Assembly: GCA_040285855.1 (NCBI GenBank)
Contig: JAUFOQ010000017.1
Location: forward strand, 558,001 to 622,000
DNA length: 64,000 nt
Reading direction: 5' to 3'
Origin: Eukaryota sp. GEM-RC1
Taxonomy: Eukaryota
The notes beneath the pieces are model-generated. The model saw nothing but the letters and a program-made list of their open reading frames with translations, was not told the DNA's origin and made no database searches. A program made the position numbers and the translations under genes. Shown one piece after another: positions 11,022-24,320 of the stretch (position 1 is its first letter; the number at the start of each line of letters is the position of its first letter).

Positions 11022-14000
11022 TCATCTTTTTATAAACCGCCAAAGTTCTACTCGTGTTACACCACTAAATTCACTAGATGAATTAGGCAGGGAATTGGCA
11101 ACACTGAAGCTACAGGATGATGATGAATCGGATTTCACTCCAATTTTGTTCTGGCTCGGCACGTATACAATAGAACTGATATCGCTTAAACGACCAAAAA
11201 TATTCTGCCCAACTGATTGAAGTTGAAAAGAAGCTCTAATTTGGTATCCGTACCTGTACTCAATATTACGGCTTATTGATTGCATCAGAACAATACCAGA
11301 GTCTATCTCCATCATAATAGCAATGTTGTTATCAGAGTTTTGGCCATCAGAAGTGAAGTTAAAGGTGTGACAGAAAGTATATGATGGAGGGATATAGTCA
11401 CTAGAAGAGAAGATGTGAAGTAACTCAGTAACTGGAATCCAGTAAGCTAATCGGTTATATTTTGGAATTTTCTGAGGAAGTGTCGAAATAAAGTGAGGTG
11501 TTTGTAATTCGCACCGATCAAAACTTTTCCCAAACAAATGCTCTGTGATCCTAGAAACTTCAGAATCAGAGTAGGTGTGGTGCACTGTTCTGAAATGTTT
11601 CCAGAAACACAACTTCCAGGAAACTGATAGAGACGGAAGTCTGAGGAAGTCAAGATGATCCCACCTGAACGGATTACTCTTATGATCAAAACACTCTGGA
11701 ACAGAATGCTGGACAATGTATACATATAAATGATTAATTCTATCGCCTTCTAGATACGGAGATGGATTTAGCAGAATATCGCGGACAGTTCGACCGGTCT
11801 TGTTATTTTGAAGACCATTGATCAAACTTCTTAAATTTGGAACTATAAAATTATCAGCAATAAGTGCAAGTTCCTCACTAGTAAACGGATCGCTGAAAGA
11901 ACAATCTAAGAAATGTTTTGGATTAACACATGAACAAATGAAAGAAGCTTCAGATCGCTTAAGGTAGCTAAAGAAAACCTTCCTACATTCAAGAATGTTA
12001 AGGAAACGATAAGTTGAACAGGACAAACAAGATTTAAGAAGGTCACTTTTTGATTGGAATCAAGAAGAGGAAATAATTGTGTGAAACAATGCTCACTACA
12101 ATATCCTGTTTTAACAACATAATTGAACACTTCAACGATGGATTGCTTTAAGTCTCTGTCCAAAATCATTGAGATTAAAGACTTAATATTTGAATGTGTA
12201 GAGGCAAAATCAGACAAAGGAGTATCACATGACCAAAACAGAGGCAAAGGAGTTGCATCAGGTCTAAATTGTACAGAACAAGATCTAGAAAACGAAGTTA
12301 ACTGGTCAATAGTGCAATTGTTGAAAACCAGTGTCAAAGTTTGTTCAAAAAAAGAATATTTTAAATTTTCATCTCCTGTGTCAAAATCTACTACAACTTT
12401 AGCTAAAGAAGGAAAGTCCCCTGCAGAATCCTTTGATAACTTTGAAAAATAAAGGTTTATGCAATCTTTGTAGAAAATTATTAAGTCATGATCACGACAG
12501 AATTTGGAAAGTTCTCTCCAATTTACTGTTGTAGTACCCAGACTAACTTCAGATTGATCAACCTCCCAAGGATTGGGCTCGTCTGTCAACCAAGAGTGTA
12601 GTAAAGCAGTATTAAAGGTATTCTGAAATGGTACTGTGATAAAGCTAACCTTAAGAAGAGAAAGTTTAGGATGATCTGTGTAAGTATCAGTCCAATATCT
12701 ATAGTTAACAGTGATCATTTGGCGATTCTCTCTCGTTGATGGTTTTGTTGGAAGTTTAGGTACTTTTAAAGAGGATAAAGAGCGATTAGATTGCTTTAGA
12801 TCTACTTCTTCTTGAACTAATGGTTCTCTTTGTTCATTGGAAGAATTGCCGTCAATAGAAGAGAGTAGCAAGGAAAACAACACGTTGAGTTTGAAGTTCG
12901 AAAGACATGTACTATCTACTGGTGATTCATTACTATCTAATAAATGATCAATAGTTGGTACAATTATAGTCTTTAATAAACCAAGTGAAACTTGTTGAAG
13001 ACTGGTTTTCATTCTAGTGGACATTAGTAATTTGTCAAGACAATCAGAGTCCAACAGCTTGGTTTCAAAAGAATTTACAATGCACTTGAAAATCCAGCAA
13101 AAAACATAAACATTATGGCACTCTAAAACGAGTCGTTCAGCACATTTGAAAGACAAAGGAAAAGCATCATGGGTTTCAATTGAAGGAACATTAGCCAGTA
13201 GAGATAGAACATCCTTGACTTCTTGAGAATTCAGATCTTCCTTTGAATCTAAATGTTTTACTATGAAGAAAATCATTTCGTGGAAAAGGGCAATACTCGG
13301 ATTGATCTTCACTCGTTCAGTAGTAAAGTCCATCAAAGAGCTGAAGATCAAATTGGGAAAAGCACCACTGAATTGTTTTAAAAAACAGGTCCAAATTGTT
13401 TCTAAAGGGATCAAATTAAAATAATGAGAGAATCTTCTTAAAATATCGTACATCTTTGTTGGACTTTCAACTACTAATTCTTGGGATAATCTCGTGAAGT
13501 GGGATTCGATTTGGGAAGAGGGTTTCGATAGGGACAACAGAAAAAGCTGAACACATTCAACATTATTGGAACTGTTCAAATCCACATGTTCTGTAAAGAA
13601 CGAAGTGATTTCTAGTGGAATTTCTGCACTAGTATCACGTGAATATCTTTGACAAACTTGAGGGAAGAAATATTTAAAGACAACAGATGGGAAAATACTG
13701 GAAATAGGTTTGAATAGCAAAGCCCAAAGGTCTGGCAATGAAAGCAGGTCAAGATGATCATGTATTAAAGTTACGACGTCATCACATTCCTTCTCAGTAA
13801 AAGTCCCTGTCCTACAACTAATCGCAACAAATTCAAAGAACTTGAAAATCTCCTGCTCAGACTTGGAGAAGGTTTCATACAACCATACTAAGATATCATA
13901 GTCAACTGGAAATGCTTCAAGTTTAGTGATGTCCTTGATATGAGAGAAGACTTGAAGACGTTCAAAGAACAAACTATTCGAGTTTGATGAAGCGTCTTTG

Positions 14001-14395
14001 ATTGGTTTTTCAAGAAATGTTGGATCAGAGACAGCTTTTTCCTTCAAAAAGTCACAACAAAGATCTTCAAGAGGACGTATAAGTAGATAGTTGGCAGTAA
14101 ACCAAACATGATAAATTGAAGCTGAATCGATTGTAACAGGAAAACCATAACACCATTTGATAACAGTATGGAAAGAATCAATAGGAATAGAGAGATGTGA
14201 GAGGTCTAGTTGATTGAGATCGGAGTCTGACCAGCCCTGAGTGTACAAGTTCCTAATCATCTCTGAAGATATAGCTAAGACAACCTTGTGCACTTCGATG
14301 TGCTCTTCCTCCAGAATAAAGACAATGTCAGTGAAAGATCGATCTTCGTACAGTTGTTGACAGATCACAGAAGAGTCTAAATTGGTCTTGAACAT
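11022..14395 (-). CDS. Large BTB/POZ-domain protein (~1120 aa), frameshifted at an A5 run (~12047-12051)
   Basis: N-terminal BTB (FTDIVFIL..IEVHKVVLAISSEMIRNL, ANYLLIRPLEDLC); ORFs 11906-14395 and 11022-12026 join by adding one A. Confidence 0.8.
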
Positions 14396-15254
14396 GTTGT
14401 TTGATAGAAGAACGTGAAATTAAAGAAAACTGATACTGTACTGTACATGTACTGTGTTGATATCATGATCATTAGCTGTGGAAAACCATTGACCTATTCT
14501 CATAAGCTAAGTGGTCATAGCTACATCGCTTATCGTACTTTCATGCATGATTCTGTTAGAGATCAAATATATGTTATGTATAAACCCTGAAACATCTAAC
14601 CCTTTGTCAAACCACTTTAATCATTGGAATATTTAAATATAAATACTTCCAAACAAGTCCTGATTCTGACCGTCACAGTCAGGTATTTTATGTCACAATC
14701 TCTGTTTTTGAACGTGTCGCCGCTATGATGATGTCCTAAAAAATTACTCTCTGGAATTAATTATGGAAAAAGGAACAATCAATTTCTTGGTAAACGGAGA
14801 GTAGGTGTAGTTGTCGCGTCTTCTTCAGACAAATGGAACATTGTCGACGTGGCGTCTGTGAGATTCTTGCAAAAAGACACTTAAAAAACGCACATTCTGA
14901 AACTTCCGCTATGAACAAATCCAACAGCATGAGGTCAAAAATCAATTAATGGCTCCTAAACATTGGAAACATGCTTCATATGAAATATGTCCTTTTGCTG
15001 TATCAATTTACGTTCGTTTAGGGAAAGGTACTTGTAAATCAAATTTTTGAATGTTTTCAAAGATATCGAAAAAATGTATGAACAAACTTTTTGATGATGG
15101 CAGAATCATGCAGTTTATACTGTTACTCTTTTTAGATCAGTTTCCCTAATCATCTCAAAGCTTTACTAGCAGTGGTCCCCCTTTTAGCCAGATTTAGATC
15201 ATTAGTTGATTTCTTTGATAGTGAGGGTGTTGTTTTAATGATGTCAATTTTTGG

Positions 15255-15655
15255 CAGCGATATGTGCCATAATGCCATACGGTCATACGGTCATATGCGT
15301 ATGGCATTTTCTGCCATAAAGTGGGTTAATTTCTGGAATATGTCTATTTTAAATACATCCATACAAATGTAATCCAACCTCTCGATATCATTGGTTAAAA
15401 TTGTGTAGTACTGTAGCTACGATCTGGGGGTGGTTAAAACGAAAGAATTTATTATGAACAAATGTAAATTGATGATATTTTTCTCAAAACACTAAATATC
15501 AAAATTAGATGTTGAATAAAGGTGAAGTATAATTCTTTTCGGTTGACATAACTAATAACAACATTTCAAAAAAACGCCAGACAGGCCATCAGCCATAGGG
15601 CCATACGCGTATGGTCCGTATGGCAGTCGAAAAATTCCATTATGGCATAACGCTG
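15255..15655. mobile_element. MITE / hAT-like element with ccata-rich inverted ends
   Basis: Imperfect inverted ends cagcg.tatg..ccataatg...ccatacgg..ata.gcgtatggc; no TSD seen; related solo ends at ~16545-16580 and ~25765-25834. Confidence 0.55.
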
Positions 15656-16851
15656 GAAAAAGTAGTTAATTTACCACATTTACATTCAAGTTCATTAAGT
15701 AAATTAGAGGGCCACAAGAGACATTGAGGTCTAAATGTCGATGATCATGCAACAACAATCCAGAAATCTGTGGAATATGGTTAATCAAAGCAACTGAAGA
15801 ACTGTCCTTCAAATCCATTAAAAATTTTTCGAACGCTGAATTTTTTTCTTTGACCGAGTCAAGTCGAACTTAAAATCCAGAAATTTACAATGTTTCAAAA
15901 TGTTTTTTTGGAGTTTCATAAGACCAACCTTTAACGTAACACATTGTTCTGGTATTTCACAAATATCAGCTGAAAAAAGTTTGGCAGAGGTCAGGCGAAA
16001 ATAGAGATAATTCTGATCTCTATATATATTCCAAGAAAAAAGTACTTTTCGTAACAAGTAGATTTTTATGGACTTGGGTAACTTCTACAGAACTCAACTA
16101 GAAGACAAAAATTTTACGACCACCAATGTCAGCAGATTTGGTCCACCATTTAGACGAAGTGAAATTTGGTTTTGTTGTTTTCCAGACTGGTTCTATTCAG
16201 TTACCATACGGAAACGTTAATACTACATTACGTCACCGATACCGTATTTTCAAAAACGTTGGGTGGATAAACAGCGGGAGAACAAATATTGATCACATCT
16301 CATTTTCTTCCCAGTTTTTGTTTTTTAACTTCAACTGCTGGCAATAAAAGAAGTCATATTTATGACTATTTCTCTAAGAGAGACGATAGTAGTGTTATGG
16401 AAATTGAGGAGTGTTGTACTGATTGTATTGGAATTTAATGCAATAAACGTGTATTACCACACTACTAGTAGATCCTAGATTGTTTCTGTAAAAAAAATCG
16501 AAAAAAACAAAGGCTGGAAAACAAACTTTGGGCCAACTCCCAAAAATTCCCATCGAAAAATTGCATTATGGCTGACTCTGATTTTTAGTTTATGAAATTC
16601 ATTACATTTATATAATCAAAAGTTTCTAAGAGAAGTACAGTACAGATTTTGTGTGGACTATACAGTTGGACTCTCTCTTTTAAAATTTCAATTTTGGAAT
16701 TACTCTGCGTGAGACTAAATTGCTGACGAGACAAATTAGACAAAAAAGTGTAGTAGCTAGACCGAATCAAAGTGTATCAACAGACGACACTATTTTACTT
16801 CCAAAAAACCTGCTTGTTTCAATATTATGTACAAAATAAAGTACTACAAGA

Positions 16852-17453
16852 CTACTCCAGCAGCTCTTTTCGAGGGACAGAAGCAGGTTGAGAAGGTTTT
16901 GACCTAATCGGCAGAGTTGGCATATCATAAAGCTCTTCAGTTTGAAGCTGCTCGAATTCTGCTTCAAGTTCAGCATCATCAACATCAGGCATGTTAAAGG
17001 AAAAAGCAGAAGTAACTTCCTCAGTCATTTGGTGTAGCTCCGCCATAGTATCCTGCATATCGTCGTAATCTTCCAAGTGGCTTTCCATGTCAGAAATCAT
17101 CTTTTGCTGTTACCGGCCATATCCTTCATAGCACCCATGGTGTCCATGGTTGTTTTGACCATGTCATGGTTAAGAGCTATGTTGTCAATCATCATAGATT
17201 GTCCAGATATCATGTTGAATTGTTGTTCGACAGTTTTTCGTTGCTTCATGAGATTAACGAGTCGCTGCTTTGTCTGTTGTTTGGAAAAACCGGATTGTTT
17301 AACGAATTGTGCTTTTAGTGCGTTAATCTGAGAATTTAGCTTGTTCAGTTTCTCTTGAAGATTGGATTCGTGAGTAGATAATGTAGAAGTAGTTTTGGAG
17401 AAGTCAAAGTCTGTTGGTTGCTGTTGTTTCTTCTTACCGAACAAACGACTCAT
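16852..17453 (-). CDS. CHMP5: ESCRT-III Snf7-family protein, Vps60/CHMP5 type; frameshift at ~17110
   Basis: MSRLFGKKK start, KQRLVNLMKQRK..EQQ helix, acidic C-terminal half PDVDDAELEAEFEQL in the second ORF. Confidence 0.8.
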
Positions 17454-17500
17454 TGTTGAACTACAGTAGAAGTGAATGAAAATGCTTTTCAATCATTTGA

Positions 17501-17911
17501 ATGTCTCTTCAAAGGGCATATGAAGAGTTTTGCACAATTGTTCGTCAACTTGAACCTGATACTCTAATCCGTGAGTTTTCTGGGTATCCTATTTATCCTG
17601 GAGTAATCACTACTTGTTCTTCTCCTTCTTCATTTAAATCAGTTGCGGTTGAAACTGACTCTCATGGTCTTATTCCCTCTTCTACTAAATCGATATCTGT
17701 TGTTCCAAATCTCTGCACTGTTTCGACTGAGACTCCTCGGTTTCTGTCTCATAAGTCTTCTGCAGATGCTGCTATTCAGGTGGATCAGGATAGTCTGTGG
17801 ATTCAAAACATTGGAGTTTACAGTAGTTAGTCTGCGATTCATCCGGGAATGACAGCTGTGTGTCTTTCCTCCATTACCATTGGTGTTTTTGTTAGTTTAT
17901 TGGGATTGTGA
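17501..17911 (+). CDS. Hypothetical small protein, possibly tail-anchored (C-terminus would need frameshift correction)
   Basis: 109-aa ORF head-to-head with CHMP5; a hydrophobic tail MTAVCLSSITIGVFVSLLGL* lies downstream in another frame. Confidence 0.4.
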
Positions 17912-18086
17912 TTTATTGGGATAACAGATCTTTTTGTATAGCCTTTGTTTTAATGACAACTTTTGAGAAGATGGCTAGTTCTGTGACAAGTATCATTACC
18001 GCTGTTAATGCCACTATTCGTTTAGAATGTAACCTTTTGACATCTCTCTCAAAAAGTAAAAAATCTTCATTTTCTGTCTTTCACTA

Positions 18087-18842
18087 ATGGACTCTACTAG
18101 TAAATCCTATATACAACTCTCCACTTTGGATAGTGAGTTGCAGACTGTTTGTGGAGATCTTGCTGACGCAATCAATGCTCTTCAAGAATCTTACGACCCA
18201 CAGTCCTATAATACTATCACTGAGACCATCACTGAACTTCGGGATGTAGGCCGAGAACTTCTCCAGCGGGCACTGTCATTTGTTCATGACTTAACAGCAA
18301 TGCGTTTGACATCAGAGCCAGGTGCAAAGAATACAATCATGAATAACAGGAACAGTCATCTTATTTCAGAGATACTTAGCACAGCTAGACACTTTTATGG
18401 TACAGAAAGCTCATATAGAGATTATATGGACTGGGCTGAGTCCCATAACAAGCATGTATTTGGAGATTACGGAGTGTCTGCAGGTGCCTTAGTGTTTGGT
18501 ACATTTCAACAGGAGAAAATAGAGGTTGTAATTGACCGAAACCTCAGTGTCCAGCGAATCAATGAAGAGTTAGAAGAGCTTAATGTTTTGATGTTGACTC
18601 TGAGTAATCTTGTTGCGAACCAGAACTTCAAGCCATTAGAGACTCTCAGTTCAATGATGGTAAGAGATTGTGCCGATGCAGTGAAAGATATCACATCTGA
18701 GTTTCAACCACAACCATTCATTTTAGTGAGATTGTTCCGGAAGACGAGAAAAGGATTGATGTTTATTCTGATTCTGTTATGGCTGGCCATCTTTGGATGG
18801 GTTTTGGGAAAAATTGCAAAGTACGGAAAGTATGCCGTATGA
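18087..18842 (+). CDS. Syntaxin-like (Qa) SNARE, divergent
   Basis: Helical N-terminus, SNARE motif VQRINEELEELNVLMLTLSNLVANQ, C-terminal TM helix. Confidence 0.65.
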   Translation: MDSTSKSYIQLSTLDSELQTVCGDLADAINALQESYDPQSYNTITETITELRDVGRELLQRALSFVHDLTAMRLTSEPGAKNTIMNNRNSHLISEILSTARHFYGTESSYRDYMDWAESHNKHVFGDYGVSAGALVFGTFQQEKIEVVIDRNLSVQRINEELEELNVLMLTLSNLVANQNFKPLETLSSMMVRDCADAVKDITSEFQPQPFILVRLFRKTRKGLMFILILLWLAIFGWVLGKIAKYGKYAV

Positions 18843-19153
18843 CATAACATGCAAAGACAATATTGTTGAAAGAAATGATGTCTTCTCCTAGGTTTCGCCT
18901 TCGTTACTGAGGACATAGTCCCTAGGAAAGCTTAGGAATTAGGAGAAGTCTAAGCACGGAGCAAGCTCAACATGCTGATTCACTGTAATGATGCTACACT
19001 TTGCGATCTGTGCAACCAGAGGCACCGCTCTTAGTGTAAGAGTATATGGGCATCAAGATAAGTTGAATGTCTTTTACCATTCCTTTTAACAAAAGTGCCA
19101 CGTCACAGCTGCCTTCCCAAATATAACTTTTTGACGTTCGATTATTGTATTGA

Positions 19154-19986
19154 ATGATATTCTATGCTTTGCTGGTATTGTTTTGTCTATTGCTAGGCAT
19201 CAGTATCCGGTTGATTGTTAACGATTCCGTACGCCGAGGGATTCAATTCCGTTGCGGTCTCTCCACTGCTGTATTCTGTCTGATTATGTCTCTCCGTTGC
19301 ATATCTGACATACTTTTTGTTTCTTTTTTCTCCAAATCGTATCACAAATTCAACACTGTGTACGCCAGAATTCGCTGGGTCTTTTTGCCACAGCGATAGG
19401 CTTTCTCTTACACTCATACTACCTTGTTTTTCACTTATTCCTCACCAAATCTTCCAGTGTTACTTGTAATCGGTTTGGTCACCTTACAAAAACCCTCTCT
19501 GTAGTCCGATACATAACCAACACCGCTCTCGTCTCTAGCCTACTGATCTACTTAGTCCTACTTCTCTTCAACCGTCTACAATACTTCTTCATCCCCATTT
19601 CTCTCACAAACTACGCGGTCTGTTTCTTTGAAATTGCTTTTGCCATTGGGTTTTTCATCACCTTTCTCAAAATGAAACCCTATCTCAGGTCAACCAAACG
19701 TAAGGGTTTCTTCTTTGGCTTGGATCACGTGACCAGGGATTCTTTGGTTAAACTGAGTCGTACAATCTGTCTGTCAGTGGTATGTCTATTTATTCAAGTC
19801 TGTTTTCTCTTTTTCGACACTTTGAAATACATTAAGGATCATGATCTCTCCCCATCACCCTTTTTCCGATCTGAATTTCTCCATTTAGTTTATGCTTTGC
19901 TAGACTGTCTTCCGCTAGTGTTTATTCTGTTTGTTCTTGGGTCTAAAGCTGGACAGAAACCTGGATATTCTCCGATTTTAAGGTGA
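19154..19986 (+). CDS. Multi-pass (about 6-7 TM) membrane protein, one frameshift near 19324-19375
   Basis: ORFs 19154-19399 and 19672-19986 are joined by a stop-free hydrophobic frame from ~19330. Confidence 0.6.
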
Positions 19987-20485
19987 TTATTGGCATTTAT
20001 TTAATATTTTAATATTTTGACTTTAATCAATGAGTTGATACTTTCTGATTGTATAAGTCGTGAATCATTGTTGAGCTCTTCTTTGTTGTTCAATTAGGGA
20101 GGTGAGTGGTCAAACCCTTTCTACTGCAGATATTGGTTTACAATCTGTTGTATACCTATTTTGTTTAATTTATTTATTTGAGAATTATCAGTTTCGAGAA
20201 TACTTCTTGAAAGACCATGCAGAGTCTCTGTTTATCGTTAAATTTCAGTAGATCACATGATCAATGATTCCTACGTGGTTGTAAGACATGGAATCCGCTG
20301 AACAAATAGTCTAATACATATTCTCTACTGTTGTGTCATCAACTACATTGTCATATATAAGGTCAGGTTTCGGCCGTATCTCAGATGTTCGGAAACCAAA
20401 CGTGATGAAAAGTCAGTATACCAACAATTGCGAAGGTTAGTAAATTAGTAGCCGTTAAACATTTTTGTCGAAATTCCTTTTCTTA

Positions 20486-21217
20486 ATGTTATTTCGGAGA
20501 TATCATCTTCCTATACTCGTACTCCTTCTTCAAATCACTGCTCTGGGACTTATTATTGCCTTCTCCACAATCACAGACAATGTTCAAGGCATCGTTGGGT
20601 TTATAAGTCACATGGCAAGAGAATATGGCGCTTTTGTAGTATTTATCATTGCTAATTCCATTGCTTACATTATTGTCTTGTACCTAAATTTGTATCTTTG
20701 GAAATGGGCCAGAAAATATTGGAATGAAGTAGATTATGATTTCACTTCGAAACCAAGAGTAGTTAGGTTTTTCTGGTTCGTTTCTCAGGTGTTAATTCCA
20801 GTAGTAATCTATCCATTGGTTGTCTTGCTCGCCATCTTTGATCACTATCGTTACACCAATACCCATGCAATATTTGTATATATTTTCGTTCTATTTAGCA
20901 TTCTGCAGTTTATCATTACCAATGTAATTTTACAAAAGGCATTCAAGTACGGCATTTTTGGAGGAAGAATAACGTGTTTCCAATCTATTGTTATTAAGCA
21001 AACACTTCTGATTTTAATTATAATCTTCTCTATCCTCTTCTTGATATTCCAGGCTGTTTTCAATACTTCTCCATTTAACGATGACTTACGCCCAGGCTAT
21101 ATCCTTGCAAGTGTCTTTCAATGGTCTGCCTGGTTGTCACTCTGGGGATGGCACGCATCACTGTATTTTGAGATTAAACGATTGGACAAGTACAGGTTTG
21201 GGCTTCTTGGTTTGTAG
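20486..21217 (+). CDS. Frag1/DRAM/Sfk1 (TMEM150)-like 6-TM protein
   Basis: FISHMA.EYG motif, LAIFDHYRYTNTHAIFV, ASVFQW; six hydrophobic segments. Confidence 0.65.
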   Translation: MLFRRYHLPILVLLLQITALGLIIAFSTITDNVQGIVGFISHMAREYGAFVVFIIANSIAYIIVLYLNLYLWKWARKYWNEVDYDFTSKPRVVRFFWFVSQVLIPVVIYPLVVLLAIFDHYRYTNTHAIFVYIFVLFSILQFIITNVILQKAFKYGIFGGRITCFQSIVIKQTLLILIIIFSILFLIFQAVFNTSPFNDDLRPGYILASVFQWSAWLSLWGWHASLYFEIKRLDKYRFGLLGL

Positions 21218-21784
21218 GGCTGTGTCTAAATATCAGACTTGTTTTCCGTAGAAAAAGGGGGAAATAGTGAAGTCAGTCCAAAGTTTCTGTAGTTGGAGGC
21301 TTAGATAGTGTAGTAAATCTGCAAGTAATGTTCTTTATTTTGGATATATACTGTGATTATGACGATGCTTGTATGCTGTTTTGACTTGGAGTCATCACTA
21401 AAATATATAATTAAGTAAATACGGTTTACAATTCAACTATATTTCTAACTATCTATTTGTAAGTCTCAGAATAAGAGATTTAACTTATCAATTTGTCATA
21501 ACCGGTTGATTCTTTCTCTGCTTTGTTCAGTACATATATCAATTATCACCCAGTTGTATAACTGGGTTAGTGTTGACGAGGAATTTTCTGCATTTCTTGC
21601 TTGATAGCGTTGCTTTTGATATGTTCTTTCTCCACTTCATCTATAATCAGCTATTATTAATTCAAACACATTTGTGTTATTAGTAAAACAGTATCATTAA
21701 CCATTTGCTTCTTACGATTTGTCAAATAATCTTTAATCTAGGAAAGGTTGTATCATATATGACATACAAACACTTTGTCATATG

Positions 21785-21900
21785 CAGGGGCTGTCAAAAT
21801 TGAATTGGCAATTAATTGGTTATCAAAAAGACGTATCAATCAATAATTCCAATAATTGAAATTAAGTGAACCCAATTACCCAATTTATATTAATATAGTA
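21785..21900 (+). mobile_element. Solo hAT left end related to the 5039-5645 family
   Basis: caggggctgtcaaaattgaattggcaattaattgg closely matches the 5039/5645 TIR; no partner end found. Confidence 0.6.
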
Positions 21901-22359
21901 GAAACTCACCAAAAACTACTAAATTTGAGGAAATGAGGATGTGGCTGACCACATTTTACAGAAACTAATAATGAATCACCTAGTCTTCCACAGACTCCAG
22001 TATTTATCGCAAATACTGCGAAATGCAACTACCAGTATATCCCAAAAAAAATGCTATCATTCAAGAATTTATACTCTTGCATTTATACGGACTACCCTTC
22101 CGAGAGCAGACTATTACAGTCTGAGTAGTGGGATGTTAAGCAGAGATGTTTTTTGTCTCCGCCTATTGTCAAATTAGGGGTTATAGAAGAAGTTACAGAT
22201 GCCAAGTTTGCGTTATGGAGGTTTGATGATTGTAAAGAAAAGCTGATTTGTCATTCTTGATATTCTGTACAATATTTATTCTGTTTTACAATAGAAACGA
22301 GTCTAGTAATTAGTGTTCGTGTGGACTCTATTAATTGTTGTCATTACAAATGTTGTATT

Positions 22360-22794
22360 TCAGAAGATCCTGGCAGTATCTTCTTGACTAAGTCCTAAGA
22401 ACAAATACCTCCATACACCACGTACTTTTGAGTCTTCTGAGGGTTTTCGGGGAAGAGATCGAAAATCTTCGTGTGAATGAAGAAGATCCCAAGTCAAACA
22501 CATTGTGATGTAAAAGAAGTCTTCAAGAACGGAAGAGAAGGCGAGGGAGATGAGGGAAGATGTTAGGTCTAAAATGCGGATCAGACCTTTATGCATCTCG
22601 CAACTGCATCTTGTCTTTCACCTAAGATGAGGTGAGTGTAGACGGCCCTGGTCTTCGTATCTTCAGATGGACGTCGACTGAGTTGTTTTAAGTCAACTCC
22701 TTGTAATAGCATCTCAAAAGTAAGTCCCATTGATGGACAACCAAGGAAATTTGGGTTGGTGAAAGATGTGGCTGGTGAGAAAATTTTTACCACC
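22360..22794 (-). pseudogene. Tc1/mariner (IS630)-like transposase N-terminal remnant with two tandem HTH-like repeats
   Basis: SRRPSEDTKTRAVYTHLILGERQDAVAR and PRKPSEDSKVRGVWRYLFLGLSQEDTARIF; cut off by the hAT insertion at 22803. Confidence 0.45.
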
Positions 22795-22802
22795 AATATG
22801 CA

Positions 22803-24286
22803 CAGGAGTTGGAAAAATTGCATTGCCAATTAAATTATTGCCAATTAATTAATTGCAATAAGTAATTGGCCCCAAAATAGGAGGGCAATTAATTGGGCAA
22901 TTAATTGCAATTATCACGGGTGTTTTAAATGCACGAAATGAATAGAAATTACAAACAGATCACAGAATGCAAATGTACAATAAAACACTTCCCTATCATT
23001 AATGTCTTCTTTGCTTCCTTTACCTACCGACAATCGTACTCTGTGCTTGACTTTCTTTTCTCCGTCCGATTCTGGAAAAAGTGCTCACGTCAAAGGGCAA
23101 CACTACACTTGTAAGTGCAAAGCAATGGTGGTGAAAGGTAACGGGTGGACAAACCTTGCCAACCATCTGAGAACAAAACATGTTAACCTTCAACAGGAGT
23201 ACAATGACGTGATGAAGGGCAAAATGAGCACCCTTGACACATTTGTAATTGAAGACAAATACTCAGAATACTTTAAATGGATGAAGTGGGTTATTAAAGG
23301 CCTCAGACCGTTCAACTTTGTGGAAAACGAACTCAATAGGGAATTTTCCAGTATTAAGCGCACAATCTCCTCCAAGACGTTGGTGAACTACATGAAAAAA
23401 GCATTCATCTCTGTTAGAGACTACATGAAGAGTCACATCAAGCCCCCTTTTGGATTAATGTTGGATGCCTGGCAAGAAGATGGGTCTAGGTTACACTATT
23501 TGGGAATCTTTTGCTGTACTCCAGCTCATAAAAGACCTCTATTAATGGGTCTTCGTCCGTTTACATCAGCTGTGGAGCACGAAATTGAAGACTTTTCTGT
23601 TACCCAAACTTATTTTGGAGTGGATGCTCTTGTGACTTTAATTGATCTAACTCTTACTGACTATGATTTTTCCCTTAGTGACGTTAAATTTATTGTTGGA
23701 GATAATTGCGTCACTAATAGGTCACTTGCAACTACTCTAAATGCACCTTTTGTTGGTTGTGCAGGCCATCGGTTCCAATTAGATCTCAGCAAATGTCGTC
23801 TTCGCAGTCTTCTTCATCGGCTCCTTCTGCTGGTGAAAAAGATCAGTAAGTCAGAGAATAAAAGACCGAAAAGAGGCTCGGAAAGTCGATCAACAGAAAG
23901 AATTCATTGATCTATCCTTTATTCAGGCGACTTCTGTTGAAGTAGAACGGTTGTTTAGTCGAGCTAAATCAGTGATTGGATTGCATAGACATAATTTGAG
24001 TGATGAGCATCTAGAGATGCAGCTTTTTCTTCACTACAATTGGGACTTTTAGGTGAAGATATATTCCGTTTACTTGCTGCCGACAGTACATTGTACACTG
24101 AAGACTAGTTTTGTTATCATAAAGAACAAACTTTTGAACTTTCTTTTATTGAAAAGTGCCAATAGTCACTTTATCACGAACCAATTAATTGCCCAATTAA
24201 TTGCAGCAGATGTGATAATTGCAATAATTCATTGCCTCTGAAACACTGAGAACAATTAATTGGCAATGCAATTTTTCCAACTCCTG
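22803..24286 (+). mobile_element. hAT transposon, young, internally deleted
   Basis: Perfect ~30-bp TIR caggagttggaaaaattgcattgccaatta; perfect 8-bp TSD aatatgca (22795-22802, 24287-24294); aattg-rich subterminal repeats. Confidence 0.95.
23002..24052 (+). pseudogene. hAT transposase with an internal deletion
   Basis: BED-like CKC...WTNLANHLRTKH, LMLDAW, IVGDNCVTNR, CxxH (GCAGH), then out-of-frame dimerization domain FIQATSVEVERLFSRAKSVIG..MQLFLHYNW. Confidence 0.88.
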
Positions 24287-24320
24287 AATATGCACTAGCA
24301 ACAGAACTGAACCAAAAAAT

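Noticed and set aside
14700..16400. Short ORF fragments in AT-rich intergenic blocks (also 30150-30900, 39400-40200, 44000-44900)
   Set aside because: They look like decayed coding or transposon sequence, but I found no recognisable motif to support a call
18885..18940. Hammerhead ribozyme (CTGAGGA...GAAA with a stem III-like pairing)
   Set aside because: Stem I cannot form and stem II is weak
20264..20301. C/D-box snoRNA-like motif pair (ATGATT...CTGA); similar at ~41809-41826
   Set aside because: Too short, box C imperfect, and no rRNA-antisense guide that I could verify
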